From the human T2T-CHM13v2.0 reference genome, Homo sapiens, in NCBI RefSeq assembly GCF_009914755.1, contig NC_060932.1: a stretch of 64,000 bases of DNA. One strand, given 5' to 3'. Each line of letters opens with the position of its first letter. Positions within the stretch are counted from its first letter, which is position 1. Under the pieces are notes generated by a model. The model did not search any database, had not been told where the DNA came from, and saw nothing but the letters and a program-made list of their open reading frames with translations. Shown piece after piece: positions 46,937 through 60,459 of this stretch. The position numbers and the translations under genes were made by a program.

Positions 46937-49159
46937 CTATATATCATGAAAGCTTGAGATACTCTGAGACCTTTGCCAGTTGTACATTTAGAAGTTCGTT
47001 TTGTTCTTTCTATCTTTCTGGAAAATTTGATATGATCGAGACAATAGAGTTTCTGAATAAATGGCAAGTCACAAAAATACTAGAAAATAGTCCAAGTAAA
47101 ATGGATTTTATTATCACTAGAAAAAGATTGCAATTTCCATATTCAAAATACAAAATAAAATATTTTTGCTGCTGTAAGAACAATAGCTCATATAACCTTG
47201 AAAGGTTTTTATATTAGATGTAAAGTAGTATGACACCCAATGATAGACTGTGGTGTAAAGAGCAATACTATGAACACTAAAGCAACTCTTAAATAACACA
47301 ACAGTTTAATAAGAAAAAAAATGACTAATTACAATGACCCATCTACTTGAAAAAAAGAAGAAAAAGAAATCAAAGAACAAATGAAGCAGAACATCTGTAA
47401 GATGGCTAAGTAGAAGATCCCCAGCCTTCGTCCACCCACAGAACACTGATTTGGCAACCATCCATGGATAAAATATCTTTGTGGTAACATCAGGACCCAG
47501 TCAGGAGTTCATGACAACCCACTAGAGCCCAAGACCAAGGAAAACTGCTTTGAGAAGGCAGGCCCATGTCCCTGGGAGTAGGCTCACCAATCATAGACCT
47601 GGCCATGAACACAGAAACACCGCCATCTGCCTGTGGACCCTGCTGCAGCCCGGCTCACAGGTGGTTCCAGATGCAGCCTCAAAAGTCATTCCCAAAAGTC
47701 ATTCAGGAGCAGGTTGTTTAATTTCCATGTAATTGTATGGTTTTTAGTGATTTTCCTAATATTTGTCTCTATTTTTATTGGGATATAGTCAGAGAGTGTG
47801 GTTGGTATAATTTCGAGTTTTTTGAATTTGCTGATTATTGTTTTATGGCCAATCACATGGTTGATTTTAGAGTGTGTACCATGTGCACATGAGAAGAATG
47901 TGTATCCTGTTGTTGGGTGGACTGTTCTGTAGATGTCTTTTAGGTCCATTTGGTCAAGTGTTGAGTTAAGGCCTAAATATCTTTGTTAGTTTTCTCTCTC
48001 AATGATCTGTCGAATGCTGTCAGTGAGGTGTTGAAGTCTCCCACTACTACTGTGTGGTTATCTAAGTCTTTTTGTAGGTCCCTAATAACTTGTTTTATGA
48101 ATTGCGCACACTTGTCTTGGGTGCATATATATTTAAGATAGCTAAGTCTTCTTGTTGAATTGAACCCTTTACCATTATGTAATGCCCTTCTTTGTCTATC
48201 TCTATCTTTGTTGGCTTAAAGTCTGTTTCGTCTGAAATTAGAATGGCAACCCCTGCTTTTTTGTTTCTCATTTGCTTGGCAGATCTTTCTTTGAGCCTTT
48301 ACTTTGAACCTATGAGTGATGGGTCTCACATGCAATGACACTGAAGACAGCATACATTTGGGGCTTGCTTCTTTATCCAACTTGCCACTTTGTGCCTTTT
48401 AAGTAGGGCATTTAGTCCATTTATGTTCAAGGTTAATATTGCTATGTGTGGAGTTGATCTTGTTATTGTGTTGTTAGCTGGTTATTATGCAGACTTCATT
48501 GTGTGTTGCTCTATAGTGTCACTATCTATGTAATTAATTGTGTTTTGTGGTGGTTGGTACTCTTTCATTTCCATATTTAGTACTCCCTTAAGGACCTCTG
48601 GTAAGGCATGTCTGATGGTAACAAATTTCCTTAGCATTTGCTTTTCTGAAAACGATTTTATTTCTCCTTTACTTGTAAAGTTTAGTTTAGATGGATATAA
48701 AATTCTTGGTTGGGATTTCTTGTCTTTAAGAATGCTGAATGTAGGCCCACAATCTCTTCTGGCTTATAGAGTTTCAGCTTAACAGTCCACGGTTAGCCTG
48801 ATGGGATTCCCTTTGTGGGTTTCCTGCTTCTTTTCTCTAGCTGCCTTTAATACTTTTTCTAGGGGATGGTTGTCTTGTGTAGTATCTTGCAGGCATTCTC
48901 TGCATTTCCTAAATTTGAATCAACCTCTCTAGTGAGGTTGGGGAAGTTTTTATGGAAGATATCTTCAAATATGTTTCCCAAGTTGTTTGCTTTCTCTCCT
49001 GCTCTTTCAGGGATGCCAGTGAGTCATATATCTGGTCGCTTTACATAATTCCCTATTTCTCAGAGGTTTGTTCATTTTTTTGAGTTCTTTTTTCTTTATT
49101 TTTGTCTAACTGAACGAGTCTTCAATCTCTGAGATTCTTCCCTCAGCATGGCCTATTTT

Positions 49160-49623
49160 TTTATTAGTATTATACTTTAAGTTCTAGGGTACATGTGCAC
49201 ACGTGCAGGTTTGTTACATATGCACACATGTGCCATGCTGGTGTGCTGCACCCATTAACTCGTAATTTACACTAGGTATATCTCCTAATGCTATCCCTCC
49301 CCCCTCCCACTACCCCATGACAGGCCTCAGTGTGTGATGTTCCCCTTCCTGTGTCCAAGTGTTCTCATTGTTCGATTCTCACCTATGAGTGAGAACATGC
49401 GGTGTTTGGTTTTCTGTCCTTGGGATCGTTTGCTGAGAATGACGGTTTCCAGCTTCATCCATGTCCCTACAAACAACATGGAGTCATCCTTTTCTTATGG
49501 CTGCATACTATTCCGTGGTATATGTGTGCCACCTTTTCTTAATCCAGTCTATCACTGATGGGCATTTGGGTTGGTTCCAAGTCTTGCTATTGTGAATAGT
49601 GCTGCAATAAACATACGTGTGTA
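49160..49623 (-). mobile_element. Young L1PA 3' end (~460 bp)
   Basis: tatactttaagttctagggtacatgtgcac 3'UTR; 17-bp TSD TCAGCATG(G/C)CCT(A/G)TTTT at 49143 and 49624. Confidence 0.92.
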
Positions 49624-50000
49624 TCAGCATGCCCTGTTTTGCTGTTAATACTTGTGATTGTATTATTAAATTCTCATAGACAGTTTTTCATATCTATCAG
49701 ATCAGTTTTGTTCTTTCTTAAAAGGGCTATTTTGTCTTTCAACTCATATCATTTGATTAGATTCCTTAGATTCCTTGAATTTGGTTTCAACTTGCTCCTG
49801 AATCTCGATGATCTTCATTCCTATCTTGATTCTAAATTATATGTCTGTCATTTCAGCACAGTTAAGAACCATTGCTGAGGAACTACTGCAGTCCCTTGAA
49901 GGTGAGAAGACACTCTGGCTGTTTGAGTTGCCAGAGTTCTTGTGCTGCTTCTTTTTAATCTGTGTAGACTGATGTTTCTTTAATCTTTGGTGTTCTTGTC

Positions 50001-50333
50001 TGTATTAATCTGTTCCCAAGCTGATAATAAAGACATACCAGAGAATGAGTAATTTATAAGGAAAAAGGTTTAATTTGCTCACAATTCCACATTGTTAGGC
50101 TGGGGAGGCCTAACAATCATCGCAAATGAGGAGCAAAATTACGTCTTACGTGGTGTCAGGCAAGAGAGTTTGTGCAGGGGAATTCCCGTTTATAAAATCA
50201 TCAGATCTCATGAGAGCTCACTCATGGGGGAACCACCCCCATGATTAAGTTATCTCCATCTGGTCCTGCCCTTGACACATGGGGATTTATTCAAGGTGAC
50301 ATTTGGGTGGGGACACAGAGCCAAACCGTATCA
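50001..50333 (-). mobile_element. THE1B-like MaLR solo LTR
   Basis: tgtattaatctgttc...ggggacacagagccaaaccgtatca; 5-bp TSD TTGTC/CTGTC. Confidence 0.9.
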
Positions 50334-50559
50334 CTGTCCTTTGGATGGGGTTTTCGCTCTTATATTCTTTGACATCTTTGACGGTTTGATTGTGGAATAA
50401 AGTGGGTTCCGTTGACTGGTGTCATTTCTGGGAAACTTCTGGGGGCCAAGGCTCAGCTCATTACTCCTGGGCTGTGTGCCCTAATCCTGGGAAGCTGGTA
50501 CCAGGCTCCTGGCTTTTTTCTCTTGTCCCTTGAGGTGAGAAACCTGCTGCACTTGACAT

Positions 50560-52250
50560 TGGACATTTTAAGTTCTAACTTAAGTTCTAACCGCAAAAGC
50601 ACAGACAATGCATTCAAAAATAGACAAATTCGATTATAATCAAAATAAAAAGCTTATGCACACCAAAGAAAACAATTAAAGAGACAATCTGCAGATTGGG
50701 AGAAAATATTTGCAAGCCATACATCTGCTAAGGGGTTAACAGACAAAATTTATAAGGAACTCAACAACTCTACAGAAAGAAAACAAATAGTCCAATTAAA
50801 AAATGGGCACAGGAGGTGAATAGACATTTCTCAAAAGAAGACATACAAATGACCAATAAACTTGTGAAAAACTGTTCAACATCACTAATCATTAAGGAAA
50901 TGGAAATTACAACCAGAATGAGATATCAGCTCACACCTGCTAGAATGGCTACTACCAAAAAGAGGAAATGTAACAGGTGTTGGAGAGTATGTGTAGAAAA
51001 GGGAACACTTGCACACTGTTGTAGGAATGTAAATTACTGTAGCCATTATGGAAAACTTATAAGTTTCTCAACAAAAATAAAAATAAAATTGCCTATGACC
51101 TAGGAATCTCACGGCTGGGTATTTACTGAAAAGACTTGAAATTTGTATATTGAAGAGATGTCTGCATTTCCATGTTCATTGCAGCACTTTTTGCAATAGT
51201 CAAGTTTTGGAATCAACCTAAGTGTCTATCAACAGATAAATGGATAAAGAAAATATAGTATATATACAGAGTAGAATACTATTCTACCTTAAAGAAAAGA
51301 AACTTTTTTATTTGCAGCAACAAAGTTGGAATTGGAGAACTTTATGCTAAGTGAAATAAGTCTGGCACACAAAGACAAATATTACATGTTTCACTTATTT
51401 GTGGAATCTAAAACAGTCAAACTCAAATAAGCAGAGAGTAGAACAGTGGTTACCAGAGGCTGGGGATGGTAAAGGGATGAGGATATCATGGTCAAACAGT
51501 ACAAAGCCTCAACTGGACAAGAGAATTAGGTTTCTTTAAGATATACTGCACAGCATGGTGAATATAGTAAAAAATGTATTATACATTTCGAAATTGCCAA
51601 GAGAATACATTTCAACCATTCTCAAGACAAAAAAATCATGATTTTAGGTGATTGGTGTGTTAATTACCATGATCTAACTTTTCCACATTGAATTCATAAA
51701 TCATAACATCACTTTGTACCCAATAAATAAGACAACTATAATTTATCAATTTGTAATTAATAATTTGTTAATAAATATGATAACAGGCAAAAGATTTGAG
51801 TACTCATTTCACCAAAGAAAATATGTGAATGGGCATAAACACATGAAAAGATTATCAGAATCATTAGTCATTAGTGAAATGCAAATTAAAACCACAATGA
51901 GAAGCCACTTAACACACACTAGAATAACTATAATAAAAATGACCAGTGATAAAATATGTCCGTGAAGATGTGGCTAAATGAGGTCCCTTTACAATGCTGA
52001 TGGAAATATAAAATAGTATCACCGCTTTGGAAAATAGTTTGGCCTTTTCTTAAAACTGATAAATATGAATATATCATACAATTTAATGATGCTATTCTTA
52101 GGTTTCTATCCCATATATTAGTATATGGATAAACAAAATTTACTATATCTATATGGAGAAATACTATTTCATAATAAAAAAGAACAAATACTAATAGATG
52201 ATACATCATGGATGAACTTCCACAACATTATGCTGCATGAAAAAAGCCAG
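50560..52250 (+). mobile_element. L1MA 3' part followed by an older L1 ORF2 fragment
   Basis: ORF 50816-51103 [14 protein letters not shown]...; ORF 51714-51965 SLVISEMQIKTTMR. Confidence 0.8.
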
Positions 52251-52566
52251 TGGATGAGTTTATATATAACCCCCACACTCCCAGTCTTCAGATTAAAATG
52301 TAGCCCCAGCTGACAGCTTTTGTCTGCAACCTCAACACAGACCTTTAGCCAAAAGCACCCAGTTAAGCCTCATCCCACAGAAACTTGTGATAATCAGTTT
52401 GTTGTTTTAAGCCACTACATTTTGGAATACCTTGTTATGCAACAATAACTAATACACTACCCCTGTGAAATTTCTATATTGTGCTTATTCTCTTTCATAA
52501 AATGTGTTGACTAACCACCTAGATCAATCTGTAATCTCAATTATTCTTAAGAAATAGGAATTATCA

Positions 52567-52834
52567 CACTTTGGGAGGCCGAGGCGGGTGGATCACGAGA
52601 TCAGGAGATCGAGACCATCCTGGCTAACAGGAGGAAACCCCCATCTCTAATAAAAAATACAAAAAAAAAAATTAGCCGGGAGTGGTGGCGGGCGCCTGTA
52701 GTCCCAGGTACTCAGGAGGCTGAGGCAGGAGAATGGCGTGAACCTGGGAGGCGGAGCTTGAAGTGGGTCGAGATCGCGCCACTGCACTCCAGCCTGGGAG
52801 ACAGAGCAAGACTGCGTCTCAAAAAAACAAAAAA
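52567..52834 (+). mobile_element. 5'-truncated AluY
   Basis: TSD GAAATAGGAAT(T/C)ATC on both flanks. Confidence 0.93.
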
Positions 52835-54130
52835 GGAAATAGGAATCATCTGTTTCTTCAGGATTGTACATAAAATCTTGCTAGTTCTAGCTCCTTTTGG
52901 TTGTAAAAGGATAGAACATTGACCACTTGTAAGTTTGTTTTGGTCAATATTATTCATTCGTATTTCCCTAAAAGTGTCCATTTCATTCACATATTCAGCA
53001 TAGAGGGTTTAAAGGATTCTATCATGATATCAAAACACTTCTCTATCTGTAGTTTATGTTCCTTTTCTTCCCTGTATTATTTTTTTTCTCTTTTTCTCAT
53101 GATCTTTTCCTAAGACTCATCTAATATATGAATCTTCCCATAAACTATCTAGTGGTCTTACTAAATAACTCTACAATGTTTCTTGCTTTGTTTTGTTTCT
53201 TATTTATGTGTGATATTATTTTTGTTTATTGCCTCCTATTTTGTTTCAGGTTTTTCTTCTTTTTATTTTGTTATTTATTTCGATTCTTCAGTTGAGCAGT
53301 ACGCTGCTTTCATACTTTCATGAATTCTAGTAAATATCTTGAAGATCATAAATGACGGTTTTTATACCACTTTGGCTGCATTCCACAGGATTTCATTTAT
53401 AGTGCTTTCCGTTTTTTCAGATCTAATTATTTTGTATTCATTTTTATGAATGCCTTAGCCCAAGTGTTATGTAGGAATGTGTTGTGTTTTAATATCTCTG
53501 TGTATGAATTTGGGAATATACCTTATTGTTATTGATTTCTGATATTAGCAACTTGCTGCAGGGAGCATGGCCTTTTTGATATCAATTTTATTTTAGAATT
53601 TATTCAATAATCATGGAAAGCCTCTCTGAGACGGTGACACAGGAACAAAGCCTGAATGAAATAGGGGGACAGAGTTTCCATAGAAATATCTTAGAAAAGA
53701 ATAATCCTTGCAATGGTAATAGTAAAAACAGAGGCTATGAGGTAGAAATGAGTTTGAAATGTTTATGGAAGAGCAAGAAAACTAATACGTGTGGAACAGA
53801 GTGAAAAGAGGGAACAGTAGCAGGAAAAAAAAGATCGGAGAAATATTCAGCAACCAAATCAGGTAGGACATTGTGTGCCATGTAAACAGACTGGATTTAT
53901 TCTATGTAGTTTTTTTAAAAAAACGTAATTAGATTTTCAATAAGGAAATAATTTGATTTAATTTGCATTTTAGAAACATATCTCTGGTGTCTGAACATAA
54001 ATTAGAGTATGCAAAGCTCTGGTAAAAACATAAAGACAAGTTAGAGGGCTCTCTCCAGAGACACCAGTGACTTGGACAATGATGCAATGACAGAGGAAGT
54101 GTACAAAGGTTGGATTTAAGACACATTTTA

Positions 54131-54441
<311 letters not shown>

Positions 54442-55842
54442 AAGAGATATTTTAAAGATAGAACTGGGCTTGCTAATGGGTTGTAATTATGAAATGAGAG
54501 AATCAAAGGTATGCTCAGAGTTTTTGTTCGTTTTTGTTTTTTAACCTAAACAACTAGGTACATGAGCCCATCATGGAGAGAGCAAGACTAAAGGCAGTGT
54601 GAGTATTAACAGAGAAAGTGGTATGAATCAAAAATTCATTTTGGAATTCTTGAGTTGCTTATTAGACATCCAAAAGTAGATGTCAAGTAAATAGTTGAAT
54701 TTTTTTATTCTGAAGCTTATAGGGAACATCCAGGCTAGAGCTAATACTTCATTTACACAGAGAGAGACAGCAACCTTGTGCCAATATGCTTCTCATAGCT
54801 ATGAAGAGAATCTATCTATAGACTTGATCAACTCAAGTGCAGAAAGAGAAAAAAAAACTGCCTCCTAACAACTGATGGAGTGATTTGACTCATTTCGTTT
54901 GACCTTATGTCTATCATTTATTTTTACCTTATTTTCTATCTTTTTCTCTTATTTTGCTAGTTGAACAAAGTTATTATCCATTTTTTACCTCTACTGGAAA
55001 ATAGTCTATACTAAGATTCTCCTTTCAATTAACAACGTATTGAAGTAAAGGTTTCACTCGCTCCACATAAGTTAAGCACACCTGCAACTCCAGCAGCCAC
55101 TTGGGTCAGGAGACCTAGCCAGAAATTGATTTGGAAATAGTAGAGAAGCCCCTTGGGACAATCTCATAACATTTACGTAGTGAAAGTAGAAACACAAAAC
55201 AATGCCCAACAATGAAAAGATGATTACATAAATATATTATGAAATATCCATAAGATGGAATATTATGTAGAAAGTAAAAATTACTGTTTAGGAGTATTTG
55301 AAAATAGTATAGGAAAATATTTACATTAAAGTAATACTTATTAAATAAATAAAGCTACAGGTGAATCACAAGAATAAGAGAGAGAAATTTAATGGAAAGT
55401 AAATAAACTAAAATAGTAATGATCTTTTTAGTGATCAAGTAATGTGTTATATCTATTATCATGATAATCATTTTTTCCAATTTTACATGAAATAATCTTT
55501 AGAAATCAATAAAAATAAAATATACATATAGGATATAGGCATACCTGTGTTTGTCTACTCTTAGAGAAAAACTTGTGAGTGATTTAACAAAAGTGTATTC
55601 AATGGAAAGCTGAGGGAAAATGTCAGCCACGTGTGGGGTAAGAAGTGAATGAAAGATAACATGGAAATGAAGCGTAGAGACTATGATTTTCCTGAGGGGG
55701 AAAGGGAGAAGCTAGGGCATTCATTAAAAAAACAAACTAAATACAGGAAAGACAATTTTGTGTTTTGTTTTTAACATGGCAGGAACTTGAGGATATTGAC
55801 AGACTTCAAGTAAGGAAAACAATAGATGTAGAAAGCGGGCAG

Positions 55843-56143
55843 CGCCGGGCACGCAGCTCACTGCTGTAATCCCAGCACTTTGGGAGGCAGAGGCAGGCAG
55901 ACCACTTGAGGCCAAGAGTTCAAGACCAGCCTGGCCGACATGGTGAAACTTCATCTCTACCAAAAATACAAAAATTAGCTGGGTGTGGTGGCACACACCT
56001 GTAATCCCAGCTACACGGGAGGCTGGCAGGAGATTCACTTGAACCTGGAGGTGGAGGTTGCAGTGAGCTGAGATCACGCCTCTGCCCTCCAGCCTGGGCA
56101 ACAGAGTGAGACTCTGTCTCAAATAAATAAGTAAATAAGAAAA
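55843..56143 (+). mobile_element. AluS SINE
   Basis: Full Alu with AAAT tail. Confidence 0.93.
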
Positions 56144-56650
56144 AGAAAACCGGCATTAACAAGAAGAAAAACAGATAATTAATGCATCAAAGTCCCCAAA
56201 GCTGTCAGTACTGCTGAAGGCAGGGTAGGAAAGTAAACAGTGAATACTTGATTATAAATTGTTTATTGAAAATCTGGTGCCTTCCTGGAGAGTTATGTGC
56301 AATAAAACGCTATAATTTCTAGGTCAAATTTAATTATCTAATGGTAAATTGCCTTCTTTCTTCTTCTACTGTGACAGCTTATATTTGATAGGTTGATAGC
56401 TATCTGATTTTCTTTTTGGTGTTCTTTTAAGGAAAGTCATTGGTCAGAGCACTTGATCTTTCTTTGCTGAAGCCCTCTGCAATCTAAGCCATCTTTCAAT
56501 GCTCATCTGGTACCTACTGGTCCACCCCCAGCATGCAATGAACCTTCCTCTGACCCTTCTTTGATATCCCTGATTGCTAGCCCATGGATTACACAATGTT
56601 CTTGGGCTTCCTGGGCAGGATTCCAAGCCTGCCTCCTGACTCCAAATCTC

Positions 56651-56730
56651 TTAGGTTGGTGCAAACGTAATTGGGATTTTTGCCATTGAAAGAAATGGCA
56701 AAAACCACAATTATGTTTGCACCAACCTAC
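56651..56730. mobile_element. MADE1 (Hsmar1 MITE), 80-bp palindrome
   Basis: TTAGGTTGGTGCAAACGTAATTG...CAATTATGTTTGCACCAACCTA terminal inverted repeats with a short spacer. Confidence 0.93.
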
Positions 56731-57452
56731 ATCAGGCTGGCAAACAAATGTTCATAGAAAATATCAAGCAGTGAAAATTATGCCCTTAGTGTTCCATAAA
56801 GGATTTCAGTTATTTGTTCTCATAAATTGTATTGCTTTGCAGTGTAAACTGTACTTCCAAAGCTTTTCCTCGTGATCAAGAAAGAAATAATTCTCAGAGA
56901 GGTGAGAAAAATCAGTAAATTCTGGATACTTGATCAGAGATACTAATGATCCTAGGCCATTCTGGCTTCAGTAAATGGAACAGTCAGCAATAACCAGCAC
57001 AATGACCCTAAGATCCCCCTTTGAGTTATCTAGGGTGCTGGCAGAGGCTTGTGCCCAGGCACCGCTGCCCCAGCAACTCAGGAGGAAGGACCTGAATGGA
57101 GGTTTAGGAAAAAACATCCCCAGAGCTTTCATGCCCCTCACTGGCCCTCCTTAGGCTAAGACTTGGGAAGTTTGCCTCTTCCAAGACCTCCCCATCCCTG
57201 ACTCAAGATTTCACTTTCAAAGTCTCTAAAGGCAGGAAGGACCTGCTGAAATAATATAATCAGGTGTTCCATTCACTAACACTCTGAAGTATTATAGAAG
57301 TAGCACCAAGAAGAAGCCATGGCAGAAAGAGAACTTCCTTCTTGGTACTGAGAAAAGTTACTTCACCTGTAGTGAGACCATCTAGAAAGGAATGAAGGTC
57401 AAGTAAGACCAGGAACGTGCATGTACTTTACAGTTTCTGAAGCTGATATTCT

Positions 57453-57761
<309 letters not shown>

Positions 57762-58561
57762 GTTTACTCATACCCTGTTTAAGCATTCCCTACGGCACCC
57801 AAAGTATTCTGGTGATTATGTTCATTTCCTTAGTGTCTAAGAAGTAATTTGTACCTCTCTGTCAGAAATATGCTTGTGTTGCATTGCTATTTATTTGTAT
57901 ATATTATTTACTTTCCGAAGTGTATTATAGGTTCCCTAAGGCCCACTCTCCTTTCTTTAATTCCTCTCATATTACATGTAACTGATGTGCAAACAATTTG
58001 TGTTAACTTAGATTTCAATATAAAAATTAGTTTATCCCATTCGATCGATTGGACAGAAAGATAATCAAATAAAAGTTTTTCTGTATCTCACTAGTCTGTT
58101 TATAATTTCATATTTAATTCCATTGCTTAAGCATGCTAACACACGGTGCCAAAATAGTAATAAATAGGCAGGCTGTTGTATTACGTGCTACTTCCTATTA
58201 TCAGAAAAATAAAATGAATGCTTTTCCTCTATAACTGCTTCCTTAACTTTTACAGTTCCTCCAGAATGCATAAGACAATGCTGATATTTCAAGTCTCTCT
58301 CCTGCCTTTGACATGGCTGTGCTTTCTACTACCTTTGCACACACCCTCTTTACCTTTGATAAATGTACTTTAAATGACCGATAGTCGTGATGATTGCATG
58401 CTGTCTCCTGATATAAAATCTCATTGAAACACAGAAATGTTCTTGTTCCTGAAGGGTTCAATAATCACTCAGCAACTCACCTCTTCAGAGGAGTGAATAT
58501 ACACAGAAGTCCTCTTCATCTCAGCTACTGATTCTCTCTAACCTGCTTTACCTATTCAAAC

Positions 58562-58619
58562 ATGAGGGTCTTGTTTTTCGTCTTTGGAGTCCTTTCCTTG
58601 ATGTCCACAGTTCCTCCAA
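58562..58619 (+). pseudogene. DEFB131: Beta-defensin 131 paralog, exon 1, with an inactivated splice donor; exon 2 not in window
   Basis: aacATG MRVLFFVFGVLSLMSTVPP matches the DEFB131 signal peptide; the position after nt 58 reads GAAAGA instead of GTAAGA. Confidence 0.9.
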
Positions 58620-58821
58620 GAAAGACAGAAACTTTTTTATTCCAAAGTTCTAAAACTATAAGTAAAAGAAAATGCAAGGTCTTTCAAGAGTCTGAAAATA
58701 AATTAGGCATGGGCAGATTTTACTGTACCATGAAGGCTGCTCAGAGGATTGAAGAGTTGATACTAAAGAAATAAATAAGGTGGTTCACTGCAGTGATTTA
58801 ACCTATGATAAACTCACTCGA

Positions 58822-59134
58822 GGCCGGGCACAGCGTCTCATGACTATAATCCCAGCATTTGGGGAGTTTGAGGTGGGTGAGCTCAGGAGTTCTAGACCAG
58901 CCCGGTGGGGGCAACAGGGTGAAACCCCATCTCTACAAAAAAAAAAAAAAAATCATACAAAATTTAGTCAGGTATAGTGGTGCGTGCGTGTGGTTCTGGC
59001 TACTCAGGAAGCTTAGGCAGGAGGATCGCTTGAGCCTGAGATGTCAAGGCTGCATTCAGCTTAGGTCATGCCACTGCACACCAGCCTGGGCAACAGAGTG
59101 AGACCCTGTCTCAAAAAATAATAATAATAATAAA
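58822..59134 (+). mobile_element. AluJ SINE
   Basis: gaggatcgcttgagcc diagnostic motif; flanks taaactcactcga / taaacttacttga. Confidence 0.9.
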
Positions 59135-59603
59135 TAAACTTACTTGAGAGTTGTGTTTGATCAAAAGGTGGTGAGAGGATGCACACAGAACACAGGAAAT
59201 TTAAAGAATTGGAAAAATGAAAAGCAAATGATGACTAGAAGAAGGGCTAGAGGTGAAGAGGTGGATACTCCACCATAATCCTTGGTTCACAGGATAAATT
59301 CACCACTGATCCAGGCAAGGACCTAGCCTCTGTGTTCCTTTAAAGTTGAATAAAACTCATATGATATCATTTAATGTATATGGAAATTACTTTTTCTACG
59401 GTGAGAGTTAAGATTCTACCTTAATTTTTAACCACATAACTAGTCAATTATATATAAGCATATTTATTAATCAATATGACTTTCCCAAATTAATTTTAAA
59501 ATTCATCAATACCCCATAATAAAAACATATTAAACTGTGGTTTATACCTGAGATTTAGATTACTGGTTGACTTATTGATCATTTCTGAAGCACATTTTAA
59601 TAC

Positions 59604-59668
59604 TTCACGATTCAAGATTCCCTCATTTATATAATATTCATGATTCAAGATTCCCTTATTTATATAAT
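59604..59668. repeat. 33-bp tandem duplication
   Basis: TTCA(C/T)GATTCAAGATTCCCT(C/T)ATTTATATAAT twice. Confidence 0.9.
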
Positions 59669-60459
59669 TGTAAGTAATTATGCCTTTCCTCCATGAATGT
59701 TAGTGGGTTTTTTATATTTTTATTGAGATACAATTTACCATAAAATTCATTGCCTTAAAGTGTTCTATTCAGTGGTTATCAGTGTATTCTTAAAATTGTG
59801 CACCCCTCCCCATTATCTAATTCCAGAATATGTTTATAATCGCAAGAAGAAATCTCTCCTCCTCCCAGTCCTTAGCAACCACTGATCTAATTTTTGTGTC
59901 TATGTATATTCGTATTCTGGACATTTACTATGGAGAGAATAATAATTATGTGATCCTTCATGTCTGCCTTCTTTCATTTAGCATAATGTTTTCAAGATTC
60001 ATCCATGTTGTGGCATAGATTCGTACTTCATTCCTTCATTCAGTGGTCATCAGTATATCCCACTTTAAGAATCCACTGATAGTCACTAAATGGAACACTC
60101 TAAAGGAATGAATTTTATAGTAAATTCTATCTCAATAAAAATATAAAACACCAACATTCATGGAGGAAAGGTGTAATTCTGTATAATTATATAAATGATG
60201 GAATCTTGAAATACATTTTAAAACGTGCTCTGAGGTAATATGCGCCTCAGAAACGATAAATAAGTCAATTGATAATCTAAATCTCAGGTATAAACCACAG
60301 TTTAATATGTATTTATTATAAAGTATTGGTGGATTTTAAAATTAATTTGGGAAAGTTAGATTGATCATTGGTGTTGGTAAAAAAAATTTCATCGTATGGA
60401 TTATTTACCATATGGTTGTTTATAACAGACTCTAATGATCCATTGTGTTTCTTTTATAT

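Larger units (their letters stand above)
47693..50552 (-). mobile_element. L1P fragment (5'UTR end, ORF1, ORF2 endonuclease) with nested L1PA 3' end and THE1 LTR
   Basis: ORF 47686-47949 DLKDIYRTVHPTTGYTFFSCAHGTHSKINHVIGHK is the L1 endonuclease domain. Confidence 0.85.

Noticed and set aside
56370-56626. Possible processed ribosomal-protein pseudogene / 60-aa ORF
   Set aside because: Could not sustain an alignment to any protein I recognise.
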